The notes under the pieces are model-generated. The model made no database searches. It was not told the DNA's origin and saw only the letters and a program-made list of their open reading frames with translations. This document shows positions 52,801 to 61,669 of a DNA stretch of 64,000 nt, piece after piece (the first letter of the stretch is position 1; each line of letters starts with the position of its first letter). The DNA comes from Candidatus Promineifilaceae bacterium (lineage in GTDB: Bacteria > Chloroflexota > Anaerolineae > Promineifilales > Promineifilaceae): NCBI GenBank assembly GCA_041568735.1, contig JBFFZG010000001.1:4301-68300 (forward strand). Direction: 5' to 3'. Position numbers and translations under genes: made by a program.

Positions 52801-55786
52801 CCGGCTCCACGGCCGTATCTAACAGGTTTAGCCAGGAAAGATCTTCTTCCTGTGGAGAATCTGCAGCTTCCAGGTCGGACTCCTGCCGTACGAGCCAATC
52901 GGGAATCTCGGACCGGGTTTCTTCCTCGTCGAGTTCAGCAAATGGCTCGCCGCCCTCACCCTGGCCTTCTTCGCCGGCCAGCCACGGCAGTTCAAAGGAA
53001 TCCGACAGCGCATCCTCAGCCGCCGGCATTTCTGCCAGGTCGCTGATCAATGAATCGAGGTCCTGGTCGGTGTCGAATACCGAGACCGCCTCTTCTTTCA
53101 GAAGCCATTCTGGGATGGCTTCATCCTCGTCTGCGTCCGCCAGGTCGACCGCCTCGCCCGGTTCATCACCGGCGGCAAGGATCTCATCCCATGTCTTTGT
53201 CGCCGCATTATCTTCGGCCTCGAGTGGGGCTGTGATTTCTGGCTCGTCTTCCTCAGGAGGTGATGGCTCGACGGACAGGCTGCCACCGGCTTCTTCAAAG
53301 GCGAGATCGACCGACGCGCCGGCATCGCCTTCCTCCTGGCCGGCCGGCGAATCCACCGCCTCGCTCGCCTCCAGTTGGGCCTCCACCTCGGGCAGCGGCG
53401 CTTCCGTCTCCGCTGCCCCGAGCCAATCGTCCCAGGTGTCCTCCCCCTCCGTGGATGGTTCGCCATCCTCGGCATCTTCAACAGACGGGCTCAGAAAATC
53501 AGTGACTGACAGGACAGGCGCTTCTTCCGCTTCAGAACTGGCAGCCTGCGCCCTTTCTTCGCCTTCAGTAAAATCGGCAAAGAGATCGATATCCTCCTCC
53601 GCACTGGCCGCTTCCTCATCTGCATCTGCATCCGGCGTCAGCCAGGCGGTGAATCCGGTCGATTCCTCACCGGCCAGTTCCCCTTCGTCATCGATCGCTT
53701 CAACCAGAAAATCAGGCTCGCTGGTTTCGGCCTCGCCCGTCAGGTCCACCTCTTCCGCACCGCTTTCTTCTTCAGCGGACTCGGGCGTCAGCAAGGCGGT
53801 AAATCCGGTTGACTCCTCGCCGGCCGGTTCCCCTTCGTCGTCGATCGCTTCAACCAGGAAATCAGGCTCGCCCGTTTCGGCCTCGCCCGTCAGGTCCACC
53901 TCTTCCGCACCGCTTTCTTCTTCAGCGGCCTCGGGCGTCAGCCAGGCGGTAAATCCGGTCGACTCCTCGCCGGCCGGTTCTTCTTCTTCGGTTGAACCGT
54001 CCTCGATGCCCTCGAGAAAAGCAGTGAATGATGGCTCGCGCTCGTCGGTTTCATCAGCCGCTCCGGGTGGTGATAGCTCCAGGGCTTCATCCGCCACCGC
54101 CGCCATCCAGTCAGCATCATCCAGCGCCGGCGTTTCCACGTCCGGCTCTTCCGGCAAATCACCCGTCGTCCCTGACCGCAGCCAGCTGGTCAGATTGATC
54201 GCTTCTTCATCTGGCTCCGCCGCCTCATCTTCGGATTCCAGGCCCAGATCCCCGGTTTGCCGCTCTCCCTTCAAGGTCATGGCGATCAGCTCCTGTTCGA
54301 GAGAGCTGCCTTCGTCGGCGGCCGCCTCGTCCGCCGTCTCATCGGCAAAGGGATCGATTGACTCTTCATCGCCGCCATCATCCGGCGCCAGGATTTCACT
54401 GGAGAGGTCTTCGGCCGGGGCGAACCCTTCTCCCTGGAGGAGCTCGTCTGATAGGTCGTCAAACAGCCCTTCGTGCGGATCATCCGCCAGCGTCTCGTGC
54501 AGGCTCTGCTCCGACTCGAGCAGCCAGCCTGGCTTGCGGGCATCGTCCAGGGGATCCGTGGTGGTTTCAAACCAATCGAGACCGGAATCCCCGGCCGGTT
54601 CCCCTTCCGCCGGAGACATCTCATGAAGCCAGTCGGGCAGCGGCTGGTCGCCCGCCGTGTCCGCCGCTCCCTCCGTGCCTTCCTCCTCGGAGCCTTCTTC
54701 CAACCAGTTGGTAAAACCAGCTGCCTCAATAGCCGCCGCATCGGGGTCGACGGCTTTCTGGCTGCCCCAGGTCAGAATCCCACTGCCCTCAGGTTCGACT
54801 TCGTCGCCGCCCTCGTCCAGGATATCCTCGGAATCGAGGGCCAGTTCATTTTCCGGCATGTTTTCCAGGATCCAATCAAACTGGTTTTCCTGACTTTCTT
54901 CTGTGGGCTGGGCGAAGAGCGATTCGTCGTCCGCCCCGTAGGATGACCGGTCAGCACCCCAGCTGGTAGCTATAATGGCCAGTTCATCTTCGCTGAGCGT
55001 GGTTTTCTCAACGGAAAAGCGGCCGGGCACAAACGTTTCGGCCACTTCGCCCAGGACCTGCGCATACAGGGAAGGACCGGATAAATGGGCCTGGTCGATC
55101 AGCAGCAGGGACTGCAGGCGGGTAAACCAGGTTTCGGCCTCCTGCTCCCGACCCCGATGGTGGAGCACACCCGCCATGATGGCGGCGGCCCTGGCGCTGA
55201 ACGGCAGCTGCGCCAAAACCTTCTGCGCCCGTTCGAGGGCCTCCTCTTCCTGGCCGGTGAGCATGAGGCACTCGGCCGCCAGCAGCTGGTAGTCGAGCCG
55301 GTCGGGTGCTGCCTGGACGAGCTGCAGCGCATCAGCCAGGGCCTGTCGAACCTGCCCGCTGCGCAGGTAGATGCGCACCGCTCCGGCCCGCGACAGACCA
55401 GTGGAGGGCGGCTTTTTTTTCTCGGCTTCCCTGTAGATGGCTTCGAGCTCGTCGCGAATATCCCCGTCGTGCGGCTCGATCTCGACGGCCCGGTCGATAT
55501 GGTGAATCGCCTGAGAATATTGATAGGCTTCCCTGGCGATCTGGGCCAGGGCCAGGTGGGCGCTGAGGTCATCTGGATCCACACTCAGGATGCGGCGAAA
55601 GATATCGGCCGCTTCATCCGGCGAACCGCCGAGTAAAAACGCCTTACCGAGAAGGCGGTAGGTGGCCAGGTGACGGGGATACTGCGAAAGGATATGCCGG
55701 CCGTGGAGAACAGCCTGGGCATACTGCTCATTCGCAATTAACCCATCGATATGTTGGAGATATTCGTAAACTTCTATTTGCGCCAC
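49853..55786 (-). CDS. giant acidic TPR-capped protein of unknown function
   Basis: 1977 aa, GTG start with GAGG upstream. N-terminal ~260 aa are TPR-like and the C-terminal ~90 aa are TPR-like. The ~1600-aa centre is dominated by E/D/A/P with nested repeats. No TM or signal peptide. Confidence 0.75.
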   Translation of the reverse strand: MAQIEVYEYLQHIDGLIANEQYAQAVLHGRHILSQYPRHLATYRLLGKAFLLGGSPDEAADIFRRILSVDPDDLSAHLALAQIAREAYQYSQAIHHIDRAVEIEPHDGDIRDELEAIYREAEKKKPPSTGLSRAGAVRIYLRSGQVRQALADALQLVQAAPDRLDYQLLAAECLMLTGQEEEALERAQKVLAQLPFSARAAAIMAGVLHHRGREQEAETWFTRLQSLLLIDQAHLSGPSLYAQVLGEVAETFVPGRFSVEKTTLSEDELAIIATSWGADRSSYGADDESLFAQPTEESQENQFDWILENMPENELALDSEDILDEGGDEVEPEGSGILTWGSQKAVDPDAAAIEAAGFTNWLEEGSEEEGTEGAADTAGDQPLPDWLHEMSPAEGEPAGDSGLDWFETTTDPLDDARKPGWLLESEQSLHETLADDPHEGLFDDLSDELLQGEGFAPAEDLSSEILAPDDGGDEESIDPFADETADEAAADEGSSLEQELIAMTLKGERQTGDLGLESEDEAAEPDEEAINLTSWLRSGTTGDLPEEPDVETPALDDADWMAAVADEALELSPPGAADETDEREPSFTAFLEGIEDGSTEEEEPAGEESTGFTAWLTPEAAEEESGAEEVDLTGEAETGEPDFLVEAIDDEGEPAGEESTGFTALLTPESAEEESGAEEVDLTGEAETSEPDFLVEAIDDEGELAGEESTGFTAWLTPDADADEEAASAEEDIDLFADFTEGEERAQAASSEAEEAPVLSVTDFLSPSVEDAEDGEPSTEGEDTWDDWLGAAETEAPLPEVEAQLEASEAVDSPAGQEEGDAGASVDLAFEEAGGSLSVEPSPPEEDEPEITAPLEAEDNAATKTWDEILAAGDEPGEAVDLADADEDEAIPEWLLKEEAVSVFDTDQDLDSLISDLAEMPAAEDALSDSFELPWLAGEEGQGEGGEPFAELDEEETRSEIPDWLVRQESDLEAADSPQEEDLSWLNLLDTAVEPATPESELDDLTEGEAEESEGEGDGEEAPIAPGAEAGEGVELPDWLVESTDSIDWSEEAAAEEQPEEPEEGGEPAAVPPPSSSEAGATSMLPDWLLESTRPEEGEGGEGEPASLEMEAAEEPAAFEEDITAFLRELESDEAEAEATVERAAGEELTDLFDDLEAELEIPELDLEPEPDLEPEPDLEPEPDLEPEPDLEPEYDIEDSQPGEDFDLIEALIGGEDYYLQEADMGHSLESGQAPVPADDELEADLAFLEALALETIDLEDEPASAGDPELETGEDLGWFDRMVEHSETILDEPPTVDWDASQPGDRLDIDAADMETDEVSDWMAESFGADEAADKPAQLLEMGEIDEETPEEESWTVSADEEEHEIEAAMAEEPISEIIPDEEEAAAPDYWGEEEAEEEFELAADPNATLVWSEEIEAEVESAREESGDLPSAAEVEAEAPEGVELDLAAESAVEETDEFRVTAEEIALAAESGEEIEGFDVPEDPEALLAWLDLGGEAAELEAPVTSTPIDLDEAEGFADTVEEITAPAAEEPPQTASLTGAAAEGEEFHVSAEEIAHAAEFGQEIEGFEVPDDPEALMAWLELDSQIDAVPEIGEAAEEAAAEEPPAVDLEAETEPELDLDGPELGAVADDPLAWLDTLKEGEEAAAASEPESEAAQEQPTTTSRAAEGEDDLLEELDALFTQDLSEGDEENLNWIDDLDGIAIIEGDMEPAAASDPELDEEESAEEDLVRNEIGDLPEDPDEALAIIERLASEQHLEEEPAADLEDLSVDDLLDEVLAETGGEDEPVSEPFIDIADLEEEGGSPLPEWLAVDGDQDDGLDWMDTLGDGDVLDWLTAEEQASQALNVQPEISTPPEIPEPAAEGPVAAADAGEDGAETAAAGDEDGDMLEEVVDRSHFEPARAALLQGETGEALAAYAAALQEQAELPGLIVELESVLTDQPHPGLQRLLGDAYMRSGNLQKALDAYRKAQEMM
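52209..52298 (-). repeat. 5 x 18-nt perfect/near-perfect tandem repeat encoding (PDLEPE)n
   Basis: ggttctaaatccggttc[c/a] repeated five times head to tail (the last copy has one change). Confidence 0.95.
53633..53980 (-). repeat. ~2.3 x 150-nt tandem repeat encoding a 50-aa acidic unit
   Basis: cggcc[g/a]gttc recurs at 53671, 53821 and 53971. The unit reads PAGEESTGFTAWLTPE..EEESGAEEVDLTGEAETGEPDFLVEAIDDEGE. Confidence 0.9.
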
Positions 55787-55907
55787 AGAGCCTCATTGAG
55801 GAGCGGCCACCAGGTGTGGGGGAAGGTTTCCTGTAGACGGAACGGGAGAAATGCAGGGTGGCCGCCGGTAAGTTTCGTTATTGTAAACTTATTATGCAGG
55901 GATTAGA

Positions 55908-56939
55908 TCATTTAATCAAGTGAAGCTCCTGTACTATAGAGAGGAGTTTGGTCACATCCGGTTCGTTATTATCCGGCCGGCCGATTGGATCGCGCACCTC
56001 ATCCCTTCCCTGGAGGGCGAACAGGGAATTTAAAACGCCGTGGGAAAGGGCCTGTAGAACGTAGCCCCCTTCCTGGACAAACAGGATGCGCCCCTGGCAG
56101 AGCTCCTCAGCCAGTTCGACCATGATCTGGGAAAGGTGGGCGTAGCCGCGCAGGGTGAGGTTCATCGCCGCCAGTGGATCCACCCAGTGGGCGTCGTACC
56201 CGGCCGAGATTAAAATGAAATCCGGTCGGAAACGCCGCACCGCCGGGCGAATGATCTCCTCAAAGATGCGCCGGTACCCGTGATCCCCCACCCCTTCGAA
56301 AAGGCCGACGTTGAGCGTATGGCCTCGCCCTCTTTCATCCCCCACTTCCCTCAGACTGCCCGTTCCCGGGTAAAAAAAGGGGCTGTGCTGGTGGATCGAA
56401 ATAAAGAAGACGGTCTCATCCTGGTAAAAAATTTCCTGGGTGCCGTTCCCGTGATGAACGTCAAAATCCAGGATGCAAATCTTTTGCAGCTGATGCTTCG
56501 TCTGGAGGTGGCGCGCGCCGATGGCGATGTTGTTGAGCAGGCAAAAACCGCCAGGCTGCCGCCGCTCCGCATGATGGCCAGGCGGCCGGGCAAATACATA
56601 CCCGTTGCGGGCCTGCCCGCCGACGATCTTGTCCAGAGCCAGACAAACCCCACCCACCGCCAGTTTGGCCAGCTGGTAGCTCTGCGGCGTGGCATAGGTG
56701 TCCTGGTCGATGTAGCCGCCGCCGCGCAGGCAGATTTCTTCGATGCGGTCGAGCATGTAGGGACTGTGCACGGCCAGGATCGGCTGGTCGCCGGCCTCTG
56801 ATGGCTCAAGCGTCAGCAGGCTGGCCAGGGTCCCGCTCTTCTGAAGCAGCTGCCAGACCGCCTCGCCGCGATTGGCATTTTCCGGGTGATCCGGCCAGTT
56901 GTGAGCTGCAGCCGGGGCGTGAATATACAGGGTTGTCAC
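55908..56939 (-). CDS. histone deacetylase-family (AcuC/class II HDAC-like) deacetylase
   Basis: HHAERRQPGGFCLLNN and DFDVHHGNGTQEIF motifs. I prefer the GTG at 56939 (GTGA overlap with the upstream gene stop) over the track start at 56969. Confidence 0.85.
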   Translation of the reverse strand: MTTLYIHAPAAAHNWPDHPENANRGEAVWQLLQKSGTLASLLTLEPSEAGDQPILAVHSPYMLDRIEEICLRGGGYIDQDTYATPQSYQLAKLAVGGVCLALDKIVGGQARNGYVFARPPGHHAERRQPGGFCLLNNIAIGARHLQTKHQLQKICILDFDVHHGNGTQEIFYQDETVFFISIHQHSPFFYPGTGSLREVGDERGRGHTLNVGLFEGVGDHGYRRIFEEIIRPAVRRFRPDFILISAGYDAHWVDPLAAMNLTLRGYAHLSQIMVELAEELCQGRILFVQEGGYVLQALSHGVLNSLFALQGRDEVRDPIGRPDNNEPDVTKLLSIVQELHLIK

Positions 56940-57640
56940 GGCCGCGTCCCGATTTCCCGCGCTTCCCACCAGGCGCTCAGATCCCGCATCCCCTGGCTGT
57001 TCAGCTTGTGACCGGTGGGGTACTCGTGAACCGTCAGGCTGGCGCCGGCTGCCTGCAGCGTCTCGCGGCAGGTCCGGGCCACGGCCAGCGGCACTCGATC
57101 ATCCTCGCGGCCGACAGCCATGAAGATCGGCAGATGGGCCAGGGGCTTGTCGACGAGGGCGGTCGGGGACACACGCGGGGCGAACCCGACCAGGCCGGCG
57201 ATCCCCCGAACAAGATTCGGATAAATCAGCCCCGTGGCGTAGGCGACGGCCGCCCCCTGGCTGAAACCGAGAAAATACAGCTGTTCCGGATCGACGTCGT
57301 AGGCCTCCGGCAGCGCCCGCACAAAATCGTAGACGGCCCGGGCCGGCGGCCGGAACGCGTCGAGGTCCGGCCATGTTTGCCGGTCCTGGATCAGCCAGGA
57401 ATAGCCGGGCTGGCCGGATTCCGGATCTTCCGGGTCAAACTCAGTGGCCCGCGGCGCGACGATCAGGCAGTGTTTTGGGAGAGTCCGGCGGAAGATCCAG
57501 GTTACATCTTCCGTTCCGTGTCGCCCATGGAGCATCACGATCACCGGATGCGGGCCATCCCCCTCCGGCCACTGCACGCGGTGCGGCAGTCCGGTGAGGT
57601 AAGCCGCACGATCAGTTTCAACCAAGCGCGTTTGATCCAT
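56936..57640 (-). CDS. alpha/beta hydrolase (phospholipase/carboxylesterase family-like)
   Basis: PVIVMLHGRHG, nucleophile GFSQGAA, C-terminal TGHKL; ATG at 57640 (MDQTRLV) preferred over 57667. Confidence 0.75.
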   Translation of the reverse strand: MDQTRLVETDRAAYLTGLPHRVQWPEGDGPHPVIVMLHGRHGTEDVTWIFRRTLPKHCLIVAPRATEFDPEDPESGQPGYSWLIQDRQTWPDLDAFRPPARAVYDFVRALPEAYDVDPEQLYFLGFSQGAAVAYATGLIYPNLVRGIAGLVGFAPRVSPTALVDKPLAHLPIFMAVGREDDRVPLAVARTCRETLQAAGASLTVHEYPTGHKLNSQGMRDLSAWWEAREIGTRP

Positions 57641-57719
57641 TGTTTTCGTTCGGCAAAAGGTGGGCAAACTGTATCAGAGGAACTGCCATTTTACAACCGC
57701 ATCGCTCTCTGATTTTGCC

Positions 57720-57765
57720 AAAAAAAATGAGGTGGAGGAGCAACTGGCGTTGCACCTTCCACCTC
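57720..57765 (-). terminator. rho-independent terminator downstream of the S33-like hydrolase gene
   Basis: long imperfect hairpin gaggtggagg...ccttccacctc with inner gcaac/gttgc stem, followed on the minus strand by A + TTTTTTTT. Confidence 0.7.
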
Positions 57766-57878
57766 GGGGGGGAGCCTATGCACCCACATGCTAACACACT
57801 TCAAGGGAAAAATCAAAACGGGCCGCCGCTGAAGATCCAGGGGCATGCTCGCACGGGCGACAGCCAGGCAAAACCCGC

Positions 57879-59972
57879 TCAATTTTCCAGGCGGAAACCG
57901 TCCAAAGCGGGCAGAAGCACCGGCTCCGCCAGGTCCTCACCTTCGTTCATCAGCAAAATGACGGCCAGGACGGTCCGATTGTCGACGACCGTGGCGATGG
58001 TGAGCGGAAGTCCCTGGGTTCTCCCCCGGACGATCGACCACTCTCGATCACCGGCATCGACGTAGGGGTCCGGCACCCCTTCCCGCTCGGCCGACAGCTG
58101 ATCGAGGAAAAACGCGACCAGCTCTTCCGGCGTGACGACCTCAACCGGGATCACCTGGAAGACCAGGGCCGTTTGATCCAGCCCGTTTTGCCTCCGGGAA
58201 AAGGTTCCGGGCAGGGTCTCCTCCCAACCCTCCGGAACCACCCCATTGACGAAAACCCCGCTGATCTCCGCCGAGAAGGGAATAAGAGTGATTTCTTCAA
58301 TATCCTGGCCGCCCGGGACCAGGAAGGCAGGCGGCCGCATTTCGGCCAGGCAGCCGTTGGCCGGGTTTTGATCGGGGCGCCTCAAAAAGGTAAGGGCCAC
58401 GCTCAAGGGGCAGGATCCGGAGGAGGTGGCGCCATGACCGATACCGGGAAAGGGGACGAGGTAGTCGGCCACCAGGTTGCCGCTGACCAGTTCGCCCCAG
58501 GCCGGCGGCGTAATCGGATCGTATTCCCCGGTCAGGATCAGGGTGGGTATCTCGCTGACGACCGGCTCGTTTTCGATCGCGGCGGCCCGGCCGCTGGGCC
58601 AGATGGCGCAGGCGTTATAGGCAAATTCCCAGTTCGCGAAATAGTCGGCTAGCCGCTCATCGCTGGCGGCCGCGGCGGCCACGGCCTCCCGGTCGCTGAA
58701 AGCCAGCTCCTCCCGGCACTGCACCGAACGATACATGCCCGTGCTGATGAATTCCTCATTGATGAGGAGGGTCGTGAACAGGAGGGCGAGCCGGTCCGTC
58801 CGCCCCTCCTTGACGTCGAAGATAATGCCGGGCATCAAGGGAAAGATTTCGTTGGAATAGAGGGATTGGAAGAGGATATCAATCAGGTCATCGCCGTTAA
58901 AGTTGACCGTATACCGGTTGCCGCTCAGAAAATAGACGATGGGAAAGGTGATCGGATCGGTATTCAGCCGATTGACCAGCCGGTAAAACTCCGCTTCCAG
59001 GTCGGGATACGCCGCTGCGCAGGCGGCATCGGCCGCACAGCCGTCAAAAAACACGCGAAACGCGCGGGTCATATGGCCGGGAATCGCCTCCTGGAGATCG
59101 ACTTCCAGCGGGTACGGCGAATCGAGAATCACGCTGCGCACCCCCTCCGGGTAATCGCGCATGACGGTCTGCGCCAGGCGAGAGCCGTAAGAGACACCGA
59201 GCAGATTCCAACGCTCATAGCCAAGCGCCTGCCGGATGGCATCGACGTCAGCCGCGTTTTCGGCGCTGTTGTAGGCTGCCAGGTCGATTCCGGCCTGCTC
59301 CAGCCGGGAACGGCAGCCAGCCAGGACCTCCAGGTAGCGAGTCTGCAGGACGTCCTCCGGCAGATCATCGTCGAGCATCTCCAGCTCGAAGGCAAACGTC
59401 TCCGGGCAGGCCAGCGACGGTTCGGCATACCCGGTCCCCCGCTGATCGAAGACGATGTAATCCCGGTCGGCAAGAAAGGGCAGGATATTGTCCCGGTAGG
59501 TGAACTGAATCAGCTCGAGGGCAAACCCCCCGGGTCCGCCGGCCAGGTAGACGACCGGATCCGGGGCGGGGTTGGGTGAGGTACTGGCGAATATGGCCAC
59601 CGGCAGCCGGACCTGGCGCTCCCCGCCCGGATTTTGCCGGTTTTCCGGCACGGTGACCGTACCGCAGCGGACATCGGCCCCGTTCGGAATGTCGAACGGG
59701 CAGGGTCCGGCCGCGAACGACGGCCCACTATCGTCGGCGGCCGGTTCTTCAGGCTCGTCAAAGGCGGCCGTCGGGGTTTCCTCCGCTGCCGGGACGCCCG
59801 TGGAGGATGTCCCCGGTTGATTTTGCGGGGCCGCCGGCGGCGTGATCGTCTGACCGGCCGGTGCCGGGGTCGCGGCCCGCTGGTTGGCCGCGATCAGGCT
59901 GCAGGCGGTCAGACTGAAAAGCAGGATAGAAATAATGACCAGCAGGCTCGTCTTCAGGACAGGCTTCTTCAT
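57879..59972 (-). CDS. secreted lipoprotein, alpha/beta hydrolase of the tripeptidyl-aminopeptidase (S33) type with extra C-terminal domain
   Basis: 697 aa; lipobox signal MKKPVLKTSLLVIISILLFSLTAC, YLAGGPGG oxyanion motif, nucleophile LLGVSYGS, GIGHG near the catalytic His. Confidence 0.8.
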   Translation of the reverse strand: MKKPVLKTSLLVIISILLFSLTACSLIAANQRAATPAPAGQTITPPAAPQNQPGTSSTGVPAAEETPTAAFDEPEEPAADDSGPSFAAGPCPFDIPNGADVRCGTVTVPENRQNPGGERQVRLPVAIFASTSPNPAPDPVVYLAGGPGGFALELIQFTYRDNILPFLADRDYIVFDQRGTGYAEPSLACPETFAFELEMLDDDLPEDVLQTRYLEVLAGCRSRLEQAGIDLAAYNSAENAADVDAIRQALGYERWNLLGVSYGSRLAQTVMRDYPEGVRSVILDSPYPLEVDLQEAIPGHMTRAFRVFFDGCAADAACAAAYPDLEAEFYRLVNRLNTDPITFPIVYFLSGNRYTVNFNGDDLIDILFQSLYSNEIFPLMPGIIFDVKEGRTDRLALLFTTLLINEEFISTGMYRSVQCREELAFSDREAVAAAAASDERLADYFANWEFAYNACAIWPSGRAAAIENEPVVSEIPTLILTGEYDPITPPAWGELVSGNLVADYLVPFPGIGHGATSSGSCPLSVALTFLRRPDQNPANGCLAEMRPPAFLVPGGQDIEEITLIPFSAEISGVFVNGVVPEGWEETLPGTFSRRQNGLDQTALVFQVIPVEVVTPEELVAFFLDQLSAEREGVPDPYVDAGDREWSIVRGRTQGLPLTIATVVDNRTVLAVILLMNEGEDLAEPVLLPALDGFRLEN

Positions 59973-60153
59973 GCGATCCGTGTTCTCCTCATTGGATTCA
60001 GGGGTAATTGTCCCATAGGATCGCCGCCGGGACTATAAACGGACGCCTCTTTCTCATGGTTTGTTAGATTCGGCGCGGCGGCCGTCGATCCGGTTTGGCG
60101 GGGCCGTTCTAGTGGGCTAAACTGCAGGTCAGCCCAAAACTCGAGGTGCGACC

Positions 60154-60945
60154 ATGAGCGAACAAGCCACTTTTTTCGAACAGGGAGACGGAGTCGGAAC
60201 CCTGACTTTCAACCGGCCGGAGGTGCTCAACGCCTTCAACCACCAGATGGTCCAGGAGAGCATCCAGGCCCTGAAAACGGTGGCCCGCGATCCGGCGATC
60301 CGCTGTCTCGTGATCACCGGCAGCGGCCGTGGATTCTCCTCCGGCCAGGACCTGCTGGAAGCGGGCCAGCTGATGGGCAGCCCCGAGGCGAGCCTCTCTG
60401 CTCACCTGCGCCAGACCTACCACGTGCTTATTCACCAGATTGCGTCGCTGGAAAAACCGGTGCTGGCGGCCATCAACGGTGTCACCGCCGGCATTGGACT
60501 GAGCATCGCCCTGGCGGCCGATCTGAGGGTGGCCGGTGACCAGGCCTCTTTTGTCCTCGGCTTCAGCAAAATCGGCCTGATTCCGGACGGCGGCGCCAAC
60601 TGGGTTCTCCCCCGCCTCATCGGCTACGCGCGGGCCTACCAGATGGCCGTGCTGGACGAAAAAGTCTCCGCCGCCACCGCCCTCGAATGGGGGCTGGTCA
60701 ACCGGATCTACCCGCAGGACCAGCTGGCCGAAAACAGCCGGGCCCTCGCCCTGAAGCTGGCGGCCGGGCCCACGCTGGCCTATGGCCTGACCAAGCGGGC
60801 CATGCGCCAGGGGTTTCAGCAGTCGTTCGCCGAAGCACTCGATTACGAAGCCTATCTGCAGGATGCCGCTGGCCGCAGCCAGGACTGCCGGGAAGGGGTG
60901 CAGGCCTTCCTCGAAAAACGAGCGCCGCGCTATCAGGGGCGCTGA
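60154..60945 (+). CDS. enoyl-CoA hydratase/isomerase family protein
   Basis: 263 aa; LTFNRPEVLNAF, ITGSGRGFSSGQDL, AAINGVTAGIGLS crotonase-fold motifs. Confidence 0.85.
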   Translation: MSEQATFFEQGDGVGTLTFNRPEVLNAFNHQMVQESIQALKTVARDPAIRCLVITGSGRGFSSGQDLLEAGQLMGSPEASLSAHLRQTYHVLIHQIASLEKPVLAAINGVTAGIGLSIALAADLRVAGDQASFVLGFSKIGLIPDGGANWVLPRLIGYARAYQMAVLDEKVSAATALEWGLVNRIYPQDQLAENSRALALKLAAGPTLAYGLTKRAMRQGFQQSFAEALDYEAYLQDAAGRSQDCREGVQAFLEKRAPRYQGR

Positions 60946-60989
60946 CCGCCGAGGCAATCGCCCACCACCAATCGATTCTGGATCAGACC

Positions 60990-61649
60990 ATGGCCAAATC
61001 ACACTATTTCATCACCATTGCCGGCAATATCGGCGTCGGGAAATCGACCCTCGTGCAGCTCCTCTCCAGCAAATTCGGCTGGGAGCCGGTCTACGAGGCG
61101 GTGGATGAAAACCCCTACCTGACCGACTTTTACGCCGATATGAGCCGCTGGAGCTTCCAATCCCAGGTCTTTTTTCTCTCCAGACGGCTCAAACAGCACT
61201 ACCAGCTGCTGCAGCGGCAGAATTCAATCATTCAGGACCGCAGTATTTACGAAGATGCGGAGATCTTCGCCCGGAATCTCTTTCTGCAGGGGGCGATGTC
61301 CCGGCGCGACTGGCAAACTTACCAGGAACTCTACGAAACCACGGTCACCCTGCTGCGCCCGCCCGATATGGTCGTCTACCTGCAGGCATCCGTGCCCACC
61401 CTCGAACGGCAGATCCGCAAGCGGGATCGGGATTTTGAAAAGTCCATTCCCACCGAATACCTGACCCGACTCAATGAGCTCTACGAGGTCTGGATCAGCC
61501 ACTTTTCCCTCAGTCCGGTGCTGACGATCAACACCGATGACCTCGATTACGTCACGTACGAAAATCACCTCGAGCAGATCTGGATGAAAATTGAGGACAA
61601 GCTTCGGGGGCGGGATTTCCTGCGCCTGGGCCGTGGGGGTCCGGATTAG
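60990..61649 (+). CDS. deoxynucleoside kinase
   Basis: The ATG at 60990 (MAKSHYFITIAGNIGVGKSTL) carries a P-loop, with DRS and an RKRDRDFE lid. The track ORF from 60687 overlaps the hydratase gene and is discounted. Confidence 0.85.
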   Translation: MAKSHYFITIAGNIGVGKSTLVQLLSSKFGWEPVYEAVDENPYLTDFYADMSRWSFQSQVFFLSRRLKQHYQLLQRQNSIIQDRSIYEDAEIFARNLFLQGAMSRRDWQTYQELYETTVTLLRPPDMVVYLQASVPTLERQIRKRDRDFEKSIPTEYLTRLNELYEVWISHFSLSPVLTINTDDLDYVTYENHLEQIWMKIEDKLRGRDFLRLGRGGPD

Positions 61650-61669
61650 GCTTTGGAAGGCGGGGGATT

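Noticed and set aside
52197-54626. 809-aa Ser-rich plus-strand ORF
   Set aside because: It is the antisense translation of the Glu/Asp-rich gene (GAx codons read backwards give Ser/Leu-rich frames). It has no start context and no domain.
60687-60989. Upstream extension of the deoxynucleoside kinase ORF
   Set aside because: It overlaps the 3-prime end of the enoyl-CoA hydratase gene in another frame. The P-loop N-terminus begins right after the ATG at 60990.
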